DNA of 64,000 nt from Octopus sinensis (GCF_006345805.1 NC_043020.1:13764001-13828000); one strand, 5' to 3'. Counted from the stretch's first letter, positions 1-15,050 are shown. Program-made: numbers and translations. The notes: generated by a model from the letters alone, not told the origin.

Positions 1-101
1 CTTTTGCCGAACCGCTAAGTGACGGGGACGTAAACACATCAGCATCGGTTGTCAAGCAATGCTATGGGGACAAACACAGACACACAAACACACACACACA
101 C

Positions 102-181
<80 letters not shown>

Positions 182-362
182 TATATACGCATATATACGA
201 CAGGCTTCTTTCAGTTTCCGTCAACCAAATCCACTCACAAGGCTTTGGTCGGCCCGGGGCTATAGTAGAAGACACTTGCCCAAGGTGCCACGCAGTGGGA
301 ATGAACCCGGAACCATGTGGTTGGTTAGCAAGCTACTTACCACACAGCCACTCTCTGCGCCT
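1..362 (-). mobile_element. SINE family A (tRNA-like head, internal (TA)n/(TG)n)
   Basis: Head gagtggctgtgtggtaagtagcttgc...ggttccgggttca with A/B-box-like motifs. About 20 full or partial copies in the window. Confidence 0.85.
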
Positions 363-970
363 ATTATGTCTGTCTAATAATAATAATAATAATAATAATA
401 ATCTCCTTTATATTATAATCTCTTTTATATTGATAATCTCTTTTCTCTAATGCTACAATATTCTGGTCAATGTCTTCTGGCTTTTGTCTTCCATTGTCTT
501 TTCCTTGTCCTTTGTTTCTTTGTTTCTGCTCTCTAAAAATATTGTTCAACAAGTTTACTGAAGATGGAACACAAATAAATATTTCTGTTCACTAGCTCGC
601 CTCCCCCCCCCCCACCTCCAACTCCCCCCCCTCTGCCGACAATGCACAGGTGTTTTCTTATCTTCAATATTCACTTCAAATGCTGCCTCCATATTATATA
701 TTATTATTATTATTATTATTATTATTATCATCATCATAAGGCGGTGAGCTGGCATAATCGTTAGCACCTGAGGCGAAATACTCAGCAGTATACTTAGCAG
801 TATTTCGCCTATTGCTACGCCCTGAGTTCAAATTCTGCTGAAATTGACTTTGCTTTTTATCCTTTTGGGGTCAATAAACACTGGTGTCAATATGACTAGT
901 CCCCTCCCCCAAATTTTCAGGCCTTGTGCATTTAGTAGAAAGGATTATTATCATTATTATAATAATTTTA

Positions 971-1014
<44 letters not shown>

Positions 1015-1225
1015 GTTATTGTTATTGTTGAGTGAGAGAGCAGAGCATGCCATCAAAGTGACACTGGGGTAAAATATACGAAGCCCAGTATACCCATCAT
1101 GACTACCTGTCTGATAAAGGTACACTAGGTACATGCATCACAACCATATGTGTGCAACATGGTGATCTCATGGCAAGATAAACAGCACATGACCTTGCAG
1201 GTGGGGCCCAATTAGAATTTTCAAG

Positions 1226-2359
1226 TTTTTTTCTTCACTATTGTTGAGATCAATTTGGTTCTTTATAGCTTTGAAGATAACCTTAAGGACCAGGTTGTCT
1301 CCATGTATATCTGTTCAATGTTAATGAACAGTTGGAAAGAATATGTTTCAGGGTTCCGATCTTTCTGCATTTGCATATATCATTCTCTGAGACATTCCAT
1401 CTTGCTAGATTTGCAGGTGATGGCAAAACATCATAGGATGAACGAATCAGAAAACTCAGCAGAGATGTGGTCCACCTCCTTATCTCATCCCAACTTATTT
1501 TCTCCTCAACAACATGTTCCGCCCATCTCATCATCCGTCCTTTTTTAATGCATTGGATCAAATGAAGCTCTCTTCTCTCTGCTTCTTTCATTTTGACGCT
1601 GTTGCTACCAACAAATTTGCATTGTTCCACATCATACTTGCAAATGGTCTGAATCGATCTACACCAAAACCAAGTCCCTTCTGATGAATTTGCTTTGCAC
1701 CCACCATATCTTGGTGTCTAAGAGAAGACAGGATGCCCTCAGTCTCTGCTTCTGCTTTCCACTTCCTGGCTGTTTTCACATCTGGTGGATTATGCCTGAT
1801 TTCCATGCCCTTCGACTCTCTCAGCATCATCACCATTCGTACCTTTCCCAGTTTATATATTTTGATTATTGATACCAGTGGTAACTGCAACAAGCCTCTT
1901 TTACAATAAAGAGCTGAACTGTTCAACATCCGTGGTAGGCCTAGCCACTTTCTAATGAGCACATTACATTATTGTTCAATGATTTGAACTCATGACAATG
2001 CTACCTTCTTTCGTGCATGATAAAGTACTACTCTTCAGTTCAGTAAACAGCTTCCTAGTAACCCCATATGGATCCTTCAGAAACTGCCCCCAAGTCCTTT
2101 TACTTTCCTTTCATTGCTCATATCGGCAGATATGTCTCTCTCTCTTTACTCTTTTACTTGTTTCAGTCATTTGACTGCGGCCATGCTGGAGCACGCCTTT
2201 TAATCGAGCAACTCAACCCCGGGACTTAATCTTTTGTAAGCCCAGTACTTACTCTATCGGTCTCTTTTGCCAAACCACTAAGTAACGGGGACATAAACAC
2301 ACCAGCATCGGTTGTCAAGCAATGCTAGGGGGACAAACACAGACACACAAACACACACA

Positions 2360-2415
<56 letters not shown>

Positions 2416-4850
2416 TATATACATATATATACATATATATATACATATATATGACGAGCTTCTTTTCAGTTTCCATCTACCAAATCCACTCACAAGGCAT
2501 TGGTCGGCCCGGGGCTATAGTAGAAGACACTTGCCCAAGGTAAAAGTCGTGGATACAAGCCGAACTGTAAGCACCAAATTTTGTATTTACCTGGTAACTT
2601 TGCGTTATCAATCACTGATAATCCAAACTCGGTTTGTTTCATAATTTCCATTCTGTGCTTCATCATCATCGTTTAGCGTCCGCTTTCCATGCTAGCATGG
2701 GTTGGACAGTTCAACCGGAGTCTGGGAAGCCCGAAGGCTGCACCAGGCCCAGTCTGATCTGGCAGTGTTTCTACAGCTGGATGCCCTTCCTAACGCCAAC
2801 CACTCCGTGAGTGTAGTGGGTGCTTTTTACGTGCCACCGGCACAGGTGCCAGATGAGGCTGGCAAACGGCCACGATTGGATGGTGCTTTTTATGTGCCAC
2901 CGGTACGGGGACCAGGCAAGGCTAGCAACGGCCACGATCGGATGGTGCTTTTTACATGCCACCGGCTGACAATTTCCAGTACATACTTGTCCCAAGCTCT
3001 TGATGGGTTCTTCAATGCTTTCTTCAGCTATTTGAAGCTTAACTTCTTTCTGTATTCCCTTAACCCTTTAGTACTTAAACCGGCCATATCCGGCCAAAAT
3101 ATTTAATCTGTTTTATGTTCAAACTAACCAGGTCCAGGCTCTCACACCTACCCTACAATGTTATTCTACATTAAGTAATTACACCATCAAGATCTTGAAG
3201 ATATGAGATAATGCATGATTAATTCAAATCAATGGGAATCAATAAGCATTATGTTTGATAGAATAATCTGAACACTAAAGGGTTAACAAATGTCAGACTA
3301 CGCAACTTTTTTGCTCTAAACCGCATCCTTGACCACCTCACAAGCTCGTCTAGTCTCAAGAGTGCACTCTGCATGATTTGCTTGTCTGTTGATAGAAGTG
3401 TCACATCATTCATGAAGGCTTTCTTGGGTGATTTGTTCCAAAAAATTCACGGCTTTCAAAATCATCTCCATGACTAAGATAAATCATGTGACAGATATTG
3501 TGCAGCCAGCAGCAATGCCAATCTCCAATTGGTGCCAATCTGTTGTAAAATCTCCAGGTGTAAACCTTATCTCAAAAATGTCATAATATCATCATCATCA
3601 TCATCATCATCATGATCATCGTCATCATCGTTTAACATCCGTTTTCCATGCTAGGATGGGTTGGATGGTTCGACTGGGGTCTGGGAAGCCAGAAGGCTGC
3701 ACCAGGCTCCAGTCTGATCTGGCAGTGTTTCTACTGCTGGATGCCCTTCCTAACACCAACCACTACGTGAGTGTAGTGGGTACTTTTTACGTGGCACAGG
3801 TGCCAGGCGAGGCTGGCAACGGCCACAATCGGTTGGTGCTTTTTTTACGTGCCACCGGCATGGAAACCAGTCAAGGCGGCATGGCACCGGCCATGTTCGG
3901 ATGGTGCTTTTTATGTGCCACCAGCACAGGGATCACAACTACAATTTCCATTGATTTTTTATGTTGATGTACTTGACTCAATAGGTCTTCTCAAGCACAG
4001 GGTCGAAACTGTGTTTCTTTACTTGTCACCTGCACAGGAGTCAGTCCAGCGGCACTGGCAACTCATTATTTTGGTTACTTTGTCTGGAATGTGGAAGTGG
4101 TCCATGGCTCCCATCAGTAATTCATGTGGCACTGGGCCATATGCATTAACTAGGTCAAGCCACACCACATTCAAACTTCTCTTGTTCTGTTTGGCATCCT
4201 GGATCGCTTTCCAAATCGAAAAACAGTGTTCAACACATCTGGGGATCCCAGGGATTCCGGCCTTTTGAACAGATTCATCAACATATCCATTGCTCTGTAG
4301 ATATGTTACTGTGCTCCTCGAGAGAATTCCCATAAAGATCTTGCCTTCCACATTCAATAAGGATATCAGCCTAAACTGTTTTATATTCTCTGCATTGGCC
4401 TCCTTCGGCAGATATATGCATTCTGCCTTACACCAATCCTATACTAGAGTCTCTTCACACCACAGCTGTCAGAGTAGGACAAAGAGCTTCTTTCACAGAC
4501 GATTGCAATATTTATATACTTTATACAAGACACCACCACCCCCTGGGGCACTCTTTGCTCTAGCTTTTCTCACGAAATTGTTCACCTCTTTCTCCCTGAT
4601 GCCCCCAATTTGAAATTCAATATCAGGTTCTAAGAGATGCTTTAGTCCATTTAAAGGTGGCAGTGGCTGGTTACAATGCAGATTGCTGTAGGTTTCATTG
4701 ATACGAGCATCCAATTCTTCTTCCGTACATGATAAAGTACTACTCTTCAGTTCAGTAAACAGCTTCATAGTAACCCCGTATGGATCCTTCAGAAACTGCC
4801 TCCAAGTCCTTTTACTTTCCTTTCGTTGCTCATATTGGCAGATATGTCTC
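1226..4850 (-). mobile_element. Degenerate HERO/R2-group (RLE-type) non-LTR retrotransposon, interrupted by younger insertions
   Basis: Minus-strand fragments with many stops and frameshifts. RT region NVEGKIF...QKAGIPGIPRCVEH...VVWLDLVNAYGPVPH (4019-4357); LPGKYKIWCLQFGLYPRLL (about 2540-2620); IRKWLGLPR (to 1962); CCHC knuckle YDVLPSPANL..W..C.C...GTLKHILSNC...RYTWR (1283-1430). Confidence 0.85.
3064..3282. mobile_element. piggyBac-type MITE inserted in the HERO-like LINE
   Basis: TTAA|CCCTTTAGT ... ACTAAAGGG|TTAA: TTAA target duplication and CCC termini. Confidence 0.85.
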
Positions 4851-4859
4851 TCTCTCTCT

Positions 4860-5269
4860 TTACTCTTTTACTTGTTTCAGTCATTTGACTGCGGCCATGC
4901 TGGAGCACCGCCTTTTAATCGAGAAACTCAACCCCGGGACTTAATCTTTTGTAAGCCCAGTACTTACTCTATCAGTCTCTTTTGCCGAACCGCTAAATAA
5001 CGGGGACATAAACACACCAGCATCGGTTGTCAAGCAATGCTAGGGGGACAAACACAGACATACAAACACACACATGCATATATATATATATATATACATA
5101 TATACGATGGGCTTCTTTCAGTTTCCGTCTACCAAATCCACTCACAAGGCTTTGGTCAGCCCGAGGCTATAGTAGAAGACACTTGCCCAAGGTGCCATGC
5201 AGTGGGACTGAACCTGGAACCATGTGGTTGGTAAACAAGCTACTTACCACATAGCCACTCCTGCGCCTA
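4860..5269 (-). mobile_element. SINE family A, full length
   Basis: Runs from the tail tttactcttttacttgtttcag to the head ctcctgcgcc. Confidence 0.85.
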
Positions 5270-5699
5270 TGTTTTCTTTTCTTTTTCTTTTTTTTGGTAG
5301 CTTTGATTAGAAGGGAGCAGGGTACCTAACATGTTTATGTGTCCCTGAGACCAGAAGGAGAAAGGGATAACAGAACCCCTAGATGTGGTTTGCCTTGGTT
5401 GGAAGCAGCAACATTAAAGTCACATGCAGATCAGAGATCTACCAGGCCTACTTGAATCAAACTTCACTAAAACTATCCTAAACTGCCCCAACATTTTAAG
5501 TCTAACATCCAGGAAGAGTTACACCCCCATCAAATAAGCTTATGCACTGTTTCCTTCAACCCATTTCCCCCCTGCAAAACTTAGTTTCTGTCTACAATCC
5601 TAAATAACAATGTCAGGCATGCTATCTTTAAAACCTGGGAACATATTACTGAGGGTTTTTCCCAAATGGCAGTGCTCCAGCATTGCCTATAATCAATCG

Positions 5700-5737
<38 letters not shown>

Positions 5738-6968
5738 TATGATGGGCTTCTTTCAGTTTCCGTCTACCAAATCCACTCACAAGGCTTTGGTCGGCCTGAG
5801 GCTATAGTAGAAGACACTTGCCCAAGGTGTCACACTGTGGGACTGAACCCGGAGCCATGTGGTTGGTAAGCAAGCTACTTACCACACAGCCACTCCTATG
5901 CCTAAGATAAGATGTTCATGGTTGAAAGTAACAAAATATTCTTTTATATCAGTGATAAAATATATTCCTATATTAACATCACGATTCCTTGACATTAATA
6001 ACCCTGCTAATTTTATTGGGAAACTATAAAATCTGGAATATTCTTCACCACTTTACCAATTTCTAGTTTCAACCAAGTGATATTTTGATGAACTGAACCT
6101 TTTTCCAAACTTATTTTCCTTACTTTTCATTTTTTTCAGTTGCGCTTGTTTTAATTATCTCCATTGGTACTCGTGTACTCTTTATTCACAATTATGTTTC
6201 ATCATTAATCTTCTGCTACCTAGGGCTGCCAGTCATCTTCTACTCCCTCCCCTTCTTCTCTCTGGCTCTGCTTGATTGGTCCCACCTTCTGTTCTAAAAT
6301 GGGAGTAGTCATATAGTCCCTCTATGGAAAGTTGTGGAGGCACATGGCCCAGTGGTTAGAGCAGTGGACTCACAGTCGAAAGATCGCTGGTTCAAATCTC
6401 AGATCGGGCGATGTGTGTGTTTATGAGCGAAACACCTAAGCTCCACACGGCTCCGGCAGAAGGTAATGGCGAACTTCTGCTGACTCTTTCACCACAACTT
6501 TCTCTCACTCTTTCCTCCTGCATCTTGCAGCTCACCTGCAACGGACCGGCGTCCCGTCCAGGTGGGGAACCTATATGCCAAGGAAGCCGGGAAACTGGTC
6601 CTATGAGCCAGACATGGCTTGAGAAGGAATAAACAAACAAACATCTATGGAAAGTAGCCTGTTCTGCTCTGGACGCTTCTCTCATACTTCTCTCATACCC
6701 ACCTTTTGCCACCCCCCCCCACTCATTTCCATGTATAATGTTGCTCCCTTGTGGGTAGGGGTTGTCTTGCAAACTGCACCCATGACATTCGGAAACATTT
6801 TTTTCACATTCAGTATTGTTGAAGCATGGAATAAACTACCTGCATCAGTCATTAGCTGTCAAGACACTACATCCTTCAAAATTTCCATGCTTCCTGGAAT
6901 CCTCCAACAGTACACCTGATGGTTTTTCTTTTTTTTTTATTAGTTGTGCACCTGAGCACTGTATACTC

Positions 6969-7365
6969 TTTACTCTTTTACTTGTTTCAGTCATTTGACT
7001 GCGGCCATGCTGGAGCACCGCCTTTAATCGAGCAACTCGACCCCGGGACTTATTCTTTTTGTAAGCCCAGTACTTATTCTATCGGTCTCTTTTGCCGAAC
7101 CGCTAAGTGACGGGGACATAAACACGCCAGCACCGGGTGTCAAGCAATGCTAGGGGGACAAACACAGACACACAAACACATACACATATATATATACATA
7201 TATACAACAGGCTTCTTTCAGTTTCCGTCTAGCAAATCCACTCAAGGCTTTGGTCAGCCCAAGGCTATAGTAGAAGACAGTTGCCCAAGGTGCCACGCAG
7301 TGGGACTGAACCCGGAGCTATGTGGTTGGTAAACAAGCTACTTACCACACAGCCACTCCTGCACC
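6969..7365 (-). mobile_element. SINE family A, full length
   Basis: Same consensus as 4860-5269. Confidence 0.85.
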
Positions 7366-8537
7366 TATTATTATTATTACTATTATTATTATTATTATTA
7401 TTATTATCATTATTATTATTATATTATTTATTCAGTGTTATTGAATTAAAACTAACATATGCAAACATAGGAAAGAAATTAATAGAAGAGAAATATTTTA
7501 TCAAGAAAACACATGCATTTATGTAGACACACAAATATACATACACGTACACAAATATACATACACATACACAAAGTAACGGAATTATTTTGTTTTTCTT
7601 TTTTACTCGGTTGCTCACGAAACAACAGTAAATGGACAAATTAGAAAGTTGTGTGTGTGTGTGTGTGTGTACTGTATGTTTATATGTATGTGTGTGTTTT
7701 ATGTTTGTAGAGAGTGTAAGAGACAGGAGATGGGGGGGGACTATGTTCTCTCTCTGGGCTCTGCGGATGTTTTCTCCTCCACCCCTTTGTTTTCCTATGT
7801 TACCAGGAAGATTATGATTTCTTTTTTTTTTTTTTTTTTTTTTTGTTATTACGGCAGTTACATTGCTGTTGTCAGTGCAGTGGTGATGGTCATTGTCAGA
7901 CCAGAAATTATTACTCTATCATCAACAGACTTCAGGATTTAACCAGGTACAAACTATAAAAACCTTAAACCCCCCACCCCACTAAAAGGGGGCTGCTCAG
8001 TACAGAACCCTCGTTTTTTTTTTTTTACCCAAACCCCTACCCAGGTTTTTATTATTTCTTTTTCATTTTTAGGGATTTTATTTTACCGGGGGGGGGGGGG
8101 TTACCCTGTACATTTCATATCTTCTCATTAAACACAGTTACATGCATCCACCACATGTACTCTGGGGTTTCTCCCTTCCCCCCCACCACCATCACCATCG
8201 CCAACAACAATGACGACGCCGACGCCACTAGCGTCGCTACTTCCCCTTCCCTCCCGCCATCCCTCCCTCCCTCCCTCCCTCTTACTCGGCAATGTGTAAA
8301 CTGGATGTTCCAAACTTCACTTGGCATATTAAACAAATATTTTCCTTATCTCGGTTACATGTACACATACATTTCACAAATATACGCGGAGATGTATGTC
8401 TAATTATGAGGCGGCTGTGTGAGAGAGTGTGGGTCTGTGTCGAGCTGTTTACATACAAGCAGGGTGCAATATTCGCAGTGTGAACATGATCTGCTTAAGA
8501 AAATAGGCTCCCTATATCAATATTAAGCGATAAATAT

Positions 8538-9038
8538 AGAAGCACTGGGGTTTCTACAGGGTCCAGCATCACCACCAACAACAACAACAGCAGCAATAGC
8601 AACAGCATCATCTGTGTCGTTATCATTGTCATCATCATCATCATCATCTCCATCACCAGCATCATTCCCCGCCACCAGAACCATCATTACCAGAAGCACT
8701 GGGGTTTCTACAGGGTCCAGCATCACCACCAACAACAACAACAATAGCAACAGCATCATCAGTGTCATTATCATTGTCATCATCATCACTATCATCATCA
8801 CCATCATCATCATCATCTCCATCATCACCATCATCCCCGCCACCAGAACCATCATTACCACTACCGTCGTCGTCATCTCCATCACCACCATCATTTCCAC
8901 TGCCAGAACCATCATTACCACTACCATCATCATCGTCATCACCATCATCATCATCATCACCATCACCATCATCATCATCACCATTGTCATCATCATCACC
9001 ACCAGCACTAACACTACCACCACTATCATCATCATCAT
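8538..9038. repeat. CAT/CAC/CAA low-complexity tract with a 154-bp internal duplication
   Basis: agaagcactggggtttctacagggtccagcatcaccaccaacaac at 8538 and 8692. Confidence 0.85.
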
Positions 9039-9221
9039 AAAATTAACAATAGTGAACATGTTCATCACTTGAGTTATTCTGGTCCGTCTTGCTATGTACG
9101 TGTTTGTGTGTATATACACATGGGGTGTGTATGAGTGCATTTGTGTATATATATATATAAACATGAATACACACATACTACCAGGGAATACATCAAGATC
9201 TGCTCTGATTATAATTGTGTA

Positions 9222-9269
<48 letters not shown>

Positions 9270-9427
9270 CTTACTTGGAGAAAAGAAAAGAAACGAAACG
9301 ACGCGAGGGCGCTCAGTCATACAATAATTTAATAAATAAAATATATGCATACATACATACATATATGTACGTACCTACATCTACATGTATATATACATGC
9401 ATATATATGTACATGCATATATATATA

Positions 9428-9475
<48 letters not shown>

Positions 9476-9948
9476 TACAGGACACCACAAATAGACATAG
9501 AACTCAACGAGAAACAAAAACATAAAAACAAACATGGAAACGGACTTTTTTTAAGAACGAAAAAACAGAGTACAAGACAAACAATACAAGGAATATTCCC
9601 CTTCATCAGCTGCCCCTGGTTCGACTCCATGCGTGTTTCGAAGGTAAGGACAGAACATGACCCGTCGAACCAGTCTTTCCTGCAAAAGAATTAAATAAAA
9701 TTCCTTTGCAGAGGGGTAAAAACAAGGAAAGAAAAAAATGTGACAAGAACAGGACGTAAAAGCAATACAAATAAAAATACAAATACAAATACAAAAAAAA
9801 TACAGTACACATAAAGAATAAAAACAGGACAAGGAAACCAACATTGAGGGCCTTTTTTTAAGCCTAGACGATGGAAAAATTCAGAGCACAAGAAAAAGTC
9901 GTGTTGACTTGTAGAAGGCTTTTACACGTCAACACAACTTTTTTCTTA

Positions 9949-9988
<40 letters not shown>

Positions 9989-10718
9989 TTAATAATAATG
10001 ATTTCTTAAAATGATAAAAATAACAATCATTATTATTAAGGTGGTGAGCTGGCAATTATTAGTGTGTTGGGCAAAATGCTTGGTGGTGACAAGTTGTGGT
10101 GCACCTGAGCACTGTATACAATAATTTCATCATATATATTATTATTATTATTATTATATTATTATTATCATCATCATTATTGAGTGAGAGAGCAGCATAT
10201 GCCATCAAAGTGACATTAGGGTACAAATATATGAATCCCTATATACCCATTATGACTAACCATCTGATAAGGGTACACGAGGCACATGCATCTCAACCAC
10301 ATGTGTGCGACATGATGATCTCATATCAAAATAAACAGCACATGATCTTCCAAGTGGGACCCAGTTAGAATTTTCTTCAGGTCAAGTAGCCCATCTTACT
10401 CGAAAGATCCCTGAATAAGAATTGTTTAAGGATGTTGAACGAAACACCCATGTTTCCAGAGGTGAATTATTCAAACCCCAAAGAATTCCTCTCAAAACAT
10501 GGTTATGATGCTCCCCAACTACTTCTGCTCATGATCAGAGATGCACATATCGTCAGCCACTAAGGGACATGCTCAACTGGTTAAGGTCAAGCAACTGACA
10601 AACAAATCTGTGGTATTGAGCAGAATATTTGCTGCAGCCCATCTTTTACATGAAGAAAAAACCTGTACATGATAATATTTCCAATCAGTTAAGATCATTA
10701 TTATTATTATTATTATTA

Positions 10719-11274
10719 TTGAGTGAGCGAGCAGAGCATGCCATCGAAGTGACACTGGGGTAAAATATACGAAGCCCAGTATACCCATTATGACTACCCG
10801 TCTGATAAGGGTACACCAGGCACATGCATCACAACCATATGTGCACGACATGGTGACTATATATCAAGATAAACAGCACATGACCTTGCAGATGGAGCCC
10901 AGTTAGAATTTTCTTCAGATCGAGTAACCCATCCCGCTCAAAAGGTCCCTGAATAAGGGTTGTTTAAGGACGTTGAATGAAACACCCATGTTTCCAGAGG
11001 TGAATTATTCAAACCCCAAAGAATCCTTCTCAACACATGGCTATGATGCTCCCCCACTACTTCTGCTCGTGATCAGAGATGCACATATCGTCAGCCACTA
11101 AGGGACATGCTCAACTGGTTAAGGTCAAACAACTGACAAGCAAATCTGTGGTATTGAGCAGAACATTTGCTGTAACACCATCTTTTATACCAAGACCAAA
11201 ACATGTACATGATAACACTTCCAATCAGTTAAGATCAGAAGCCATGAGAGCCACTGCCTGTACTGCATCAGGGC

Positions 11275-11278
<4 letters not shown>
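10719..11278 (-). mobile_element. About 560-bp interspersed repeat family D embedded in (ATT)n (also 1028-1222, 10181-10697, 11955-12313, 21981-22547)
   Basis: All five copies begin tgagtgag(a/c)gagcag directly after an (ATT)n tract. The two longest copies end at the same point (agggcatt). Confidence 0.8.
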
Positions 11279-11360
<82 letters not shown>

Positions 11361-11576
11361 ATTATGACTATTGCTGACAGAATCGTTAGAACATCAGGTG
11401 AAATGCTTAGTAGTATTTCATCTACTGCTGTGTTCTGAGTTCAAATTCTGCCGAGGTCAACTTTGCTGTTCGTCCTTTCGGGATCGATAAATTAAGTACC
11501 AGTGAAAAACTGGGGTTGATGTACTCGACTAATCCCCTCTCCTGAAATAGCTGCCCCTGTGGAAAAAAATCGAAAC

Positions 11577-11609
<33 letters not shown>

Positions 11610-11614
<5 letters not shown>

Positions 11615-11823
11615 TGTTGTGTCTGGGGAGAGTCATTCTCTTTTAGTGCCTTATTATTTAACACTCTCAACGGTAAAATTTCCACTTATTTCTTATTTTT
11701 TATTTTCTAAAATTTTCGTTGCATCTTGCAACCTTTTCAATAGTCTTGAAAGTCTTTTACCGGTGAGTGTGTTAAATAATAAGGCACTAAAAGAGAATGA
11801 CTCTCCCCAGACACAACAGAATA
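11610..11823. repeat. Inverted repeat with about 60-bp arms
   Basis: tattctgttgtgtctggggagagtcattctcttttagtgccttattatttaacac and its reverse complement. Confidence 0.9.
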
Positions 11824-11914
11824 TGCTTCAACACACAAACTCATATAAAGAATCTTGCAAACCAAATCCAAAAACGAAATATTATTATTATTGTTATCAT
11901 TATTACTGTTGTCA

Positions 11915-11955
<41 letters not shown>

Positions 11956-12311
11956 GAGTGAGAGAGCAGTTCATCCATCAAGTGACACTGGGGTAAAATA
12001 TATGAAGCCCAATATACCCATCATGACCACCCGTCTGATAAGGGTACACCAGCACATGCATCACAACCATATGTGCGCGACATGGTGATCTCATATCAAG
12101 ATAAACAGCACATGACCTTGCAGGTGCCCAGTTAGAATTTTCTTCAGGTTGAGTAGCCCATCCCACTCAAAGGTCCCCGAATAAGGGTTGTTTAAGGATG
12201 TTGAAAGAACCACCCATTTTCCAGAGTGTGAATTATTCAACCCCAAGAATCCCTCTCAACACATGGCTATGATGCTCCCCCACTTCTTCTGCTCGTGATC
12301 AGAGATGCACA

Positions 12312-12351
<40 letters not shown>

Positions 12352-14318
12352 CATCATTATTATTATTAAAGAAAAATTTGTAGTGCAGTTTTATCAAATA
12401 GATAAAACTGCTCTACAAGTTTTTGTTTTGCTGTTTTAGCTGTTTTACATTGAATTATGAAGTAAAAATCTTTGTAAAGCATTAGTTTTATAGACATCAA
12501 CAAAACTTGGTTTAAAATTTATCTTATCAAATGAACATTAATTCATTTTATTTGTAATAATTCATTTGGTATTAATACATCTTAAGTGAGATATCATAAT
12601 TTCCACTATTCTTTGCCTGGCTTGTCTCCAACAACAGCCGCAAAATAAATGCAGAAATAAACATGTCCGTTTCTTTGTGGTTGGAACAAGAAAAAACAGC
12701 TTCTGATTTAAACATTCAAAGAATCTTTTCTTGTAGACTTCCAGTTGAGAGAAAGCTAAAAGTACATTTCATCTTTTATCTTTCTTTCATCTTTTAGTTG
12801 TTTCAGTAATTAGACTGTGGCCATGCTGGTGCAACACTTTGAAGAGTTTTAGTCAAAGAAATCGACTTCTTTAATTTTGTTTTTTTTTTGTTTTTTTTGG
12901 CCTAAGTTTAGTACTTAATCTTTCAGCCACTTTTCCCAAACTGCTATGTTGCAGGGATGTCTACAAACCAACACCAGAAGTGAGAGGGTCAAATACAAAG
13001 ACACACATACATACACACACATATATACACATATATATGACAGGCTTCCACACAGTTTTTGTCCCCAATATTCATTCACAAGAGGGCAGTGAGCTGGCAG
13101 AATCACGAGTATACCAAGCAAAATGCTTAGCGACATTTCATTCATTTTTATGTTCTGTGTTCAAATTCTACCAAGATTAACTTTGCCTTTCATCCCTTCA
13201 GGGTTGATAAAATAAGTACCGGTTGAGCACTGGGGTCAATGTAATCAACTTACCCCCTCCTCCAAACTTGCTGGCCTTGTGCCAAAATTTGAGGCCAGTA
13301 TTCATTCACAAGGCACTGGTTATCCCAGAGCCATAGAATAAGACTCTTGCTCCAAGTGCCACAATGGGATTGAACCCAAAACCAAGCAATTTCAAAGCAG
13401 GTTTCTTAACCACACTGATAGCTTGGTTTTTTGAATAAATTTTTTGAAGGCAGCAAAGATTGCTTCCAGGAGGTTTTCGGGTCTGGTGGCGTACAAAAGT
13501 GACAGGGCTTCCTGAGGAGGTAGCGCTAACTGGACACAGGCTGAGCTTGATCAACTCCCCACCCCCACCCCACCCTGCCGACTGAGTTGCCTGGGTGAAG
13601 GTGTCTGATAGTGAAAGACTTCAAAAACCCAAAACAATTAATGACCCCTTGAAACATCCTTGAAACAACTGCCATGCAGTGGGACTGAACCCGGAACCAT
13701 GTGGTTGGTAAGCAATCTACTTACCACACAGCTACTGTGAGGCTATAGTAGAAGACACTTGCCCAAGGTGCCATGCAGTGGGACTGAACCCGGAACCATG
13801 TGGTTGGTAAGCAAGCTACTTACCACACAGCCATTCCTACGCCTATGGTTTTTCCATAAACAACCTTGCCCCAGGACTTGTGCCTAGGAGGGGAACTTTC
13901 TAGGTGCAATCCCATGGTCACTCATGACTGAAAGGGGTACAGTGTTCCCCTTCTTTCTGTCTTGAAGGAAATATCAGTCCTTAAAAATAAGAGATGGAAA
14001 TTTGAAAAACATGGCTTATAACTTTGTAAAACTTGTTTTGTTTCTCCTAAAAAGAATATTAAGAATTTGGAGGAGAAAGCATTGGGGAGTCTGGACTAAA
14101 TAACCTTTTTAAGTTGCAGAACTTATATTCTGATATATGTTAATATACTTTAATATATTTTGATATATTTAAATATATTTTAATGTAACACATTTTAAAA
14201 AATCGTGTTTGGTTCATTTTTTTATATTTTGGTCTAAGTGTGTGTGTGTGTGTGAGTGTGTATGTGTGTGTATGTAATGAACTTACATTTCATATGTATG
14301 TATGTGTGTGTGTATGTG

Positions 14319-14352
<34 letters not shown>

Positions 14353-15050
14353 TTTGTATACACAAATATAGATAGTGTGTGTGTGTATTTATACATGCAT
14401 ACATATACACACACATATATGTGCATGTGTGTGCATGCTTGTATGCACTTGTGTGTGTAATGAATTTACATTTCATATGTATGTATATGTGTGTGTGTGT
14501 ATGTGTACACATACACACACACACATTTGTATACATAAATATAGATAGTGTGTGTGTGTGTATGTGTGTGTGTGTTTATACATGCATACATATACACACA
14601 CATGCATGCACATATATGTGCGTGTGTGTGCTTGTGTGCACGCATGTATGCACCTGTGTGTGTGTGTGTGTGTGTGTAAAACAAGAGCAAAATTTATGTA
14701 TCTTGGAAATTCAAAGTGACAGCTTATTCCAGCCGGGTGGCCTCACATCCTTTGAACATCTGGGAAATATCTGAGTAGTTCCGGAATATCTTCCAAAAAT
14801 CTCTGTAAATATGACTAAACAAAATATGGTTTTGCCCCCCTCCTCTCATCCCCCTCCTCCTCCTCTTCCTCCTCCCCCGAGTGTTCTTCGTGAAATTATC
14901 TTTTAAACTCTGCAAAGTTGTTGTTTCATCCCCCCCCGTCTAAAGTAAACAAAGGCATTTTTAATGAGACAATGCAGAAGTCACTTGGTGGTAACTTGAT
15001 TTGCTAGAAATAGTAACTGAATTGCCCCACCCATCCTCACATGAAATGCT

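Noticed and set aside
8523-9362. 279-aa Met/Val-rich ORF
   Set aside because: Reverse translation of (CAT)n repeats.
9590-9680. Minus-strand CTGATGA and GAAAC near a 10-bp stem (ctggttcgac/gtcgaaccag)
   Set aside because: I could not assemble three consistent stems around the core. Probably a retroelement terminus, but not supportable as a ribozyme.
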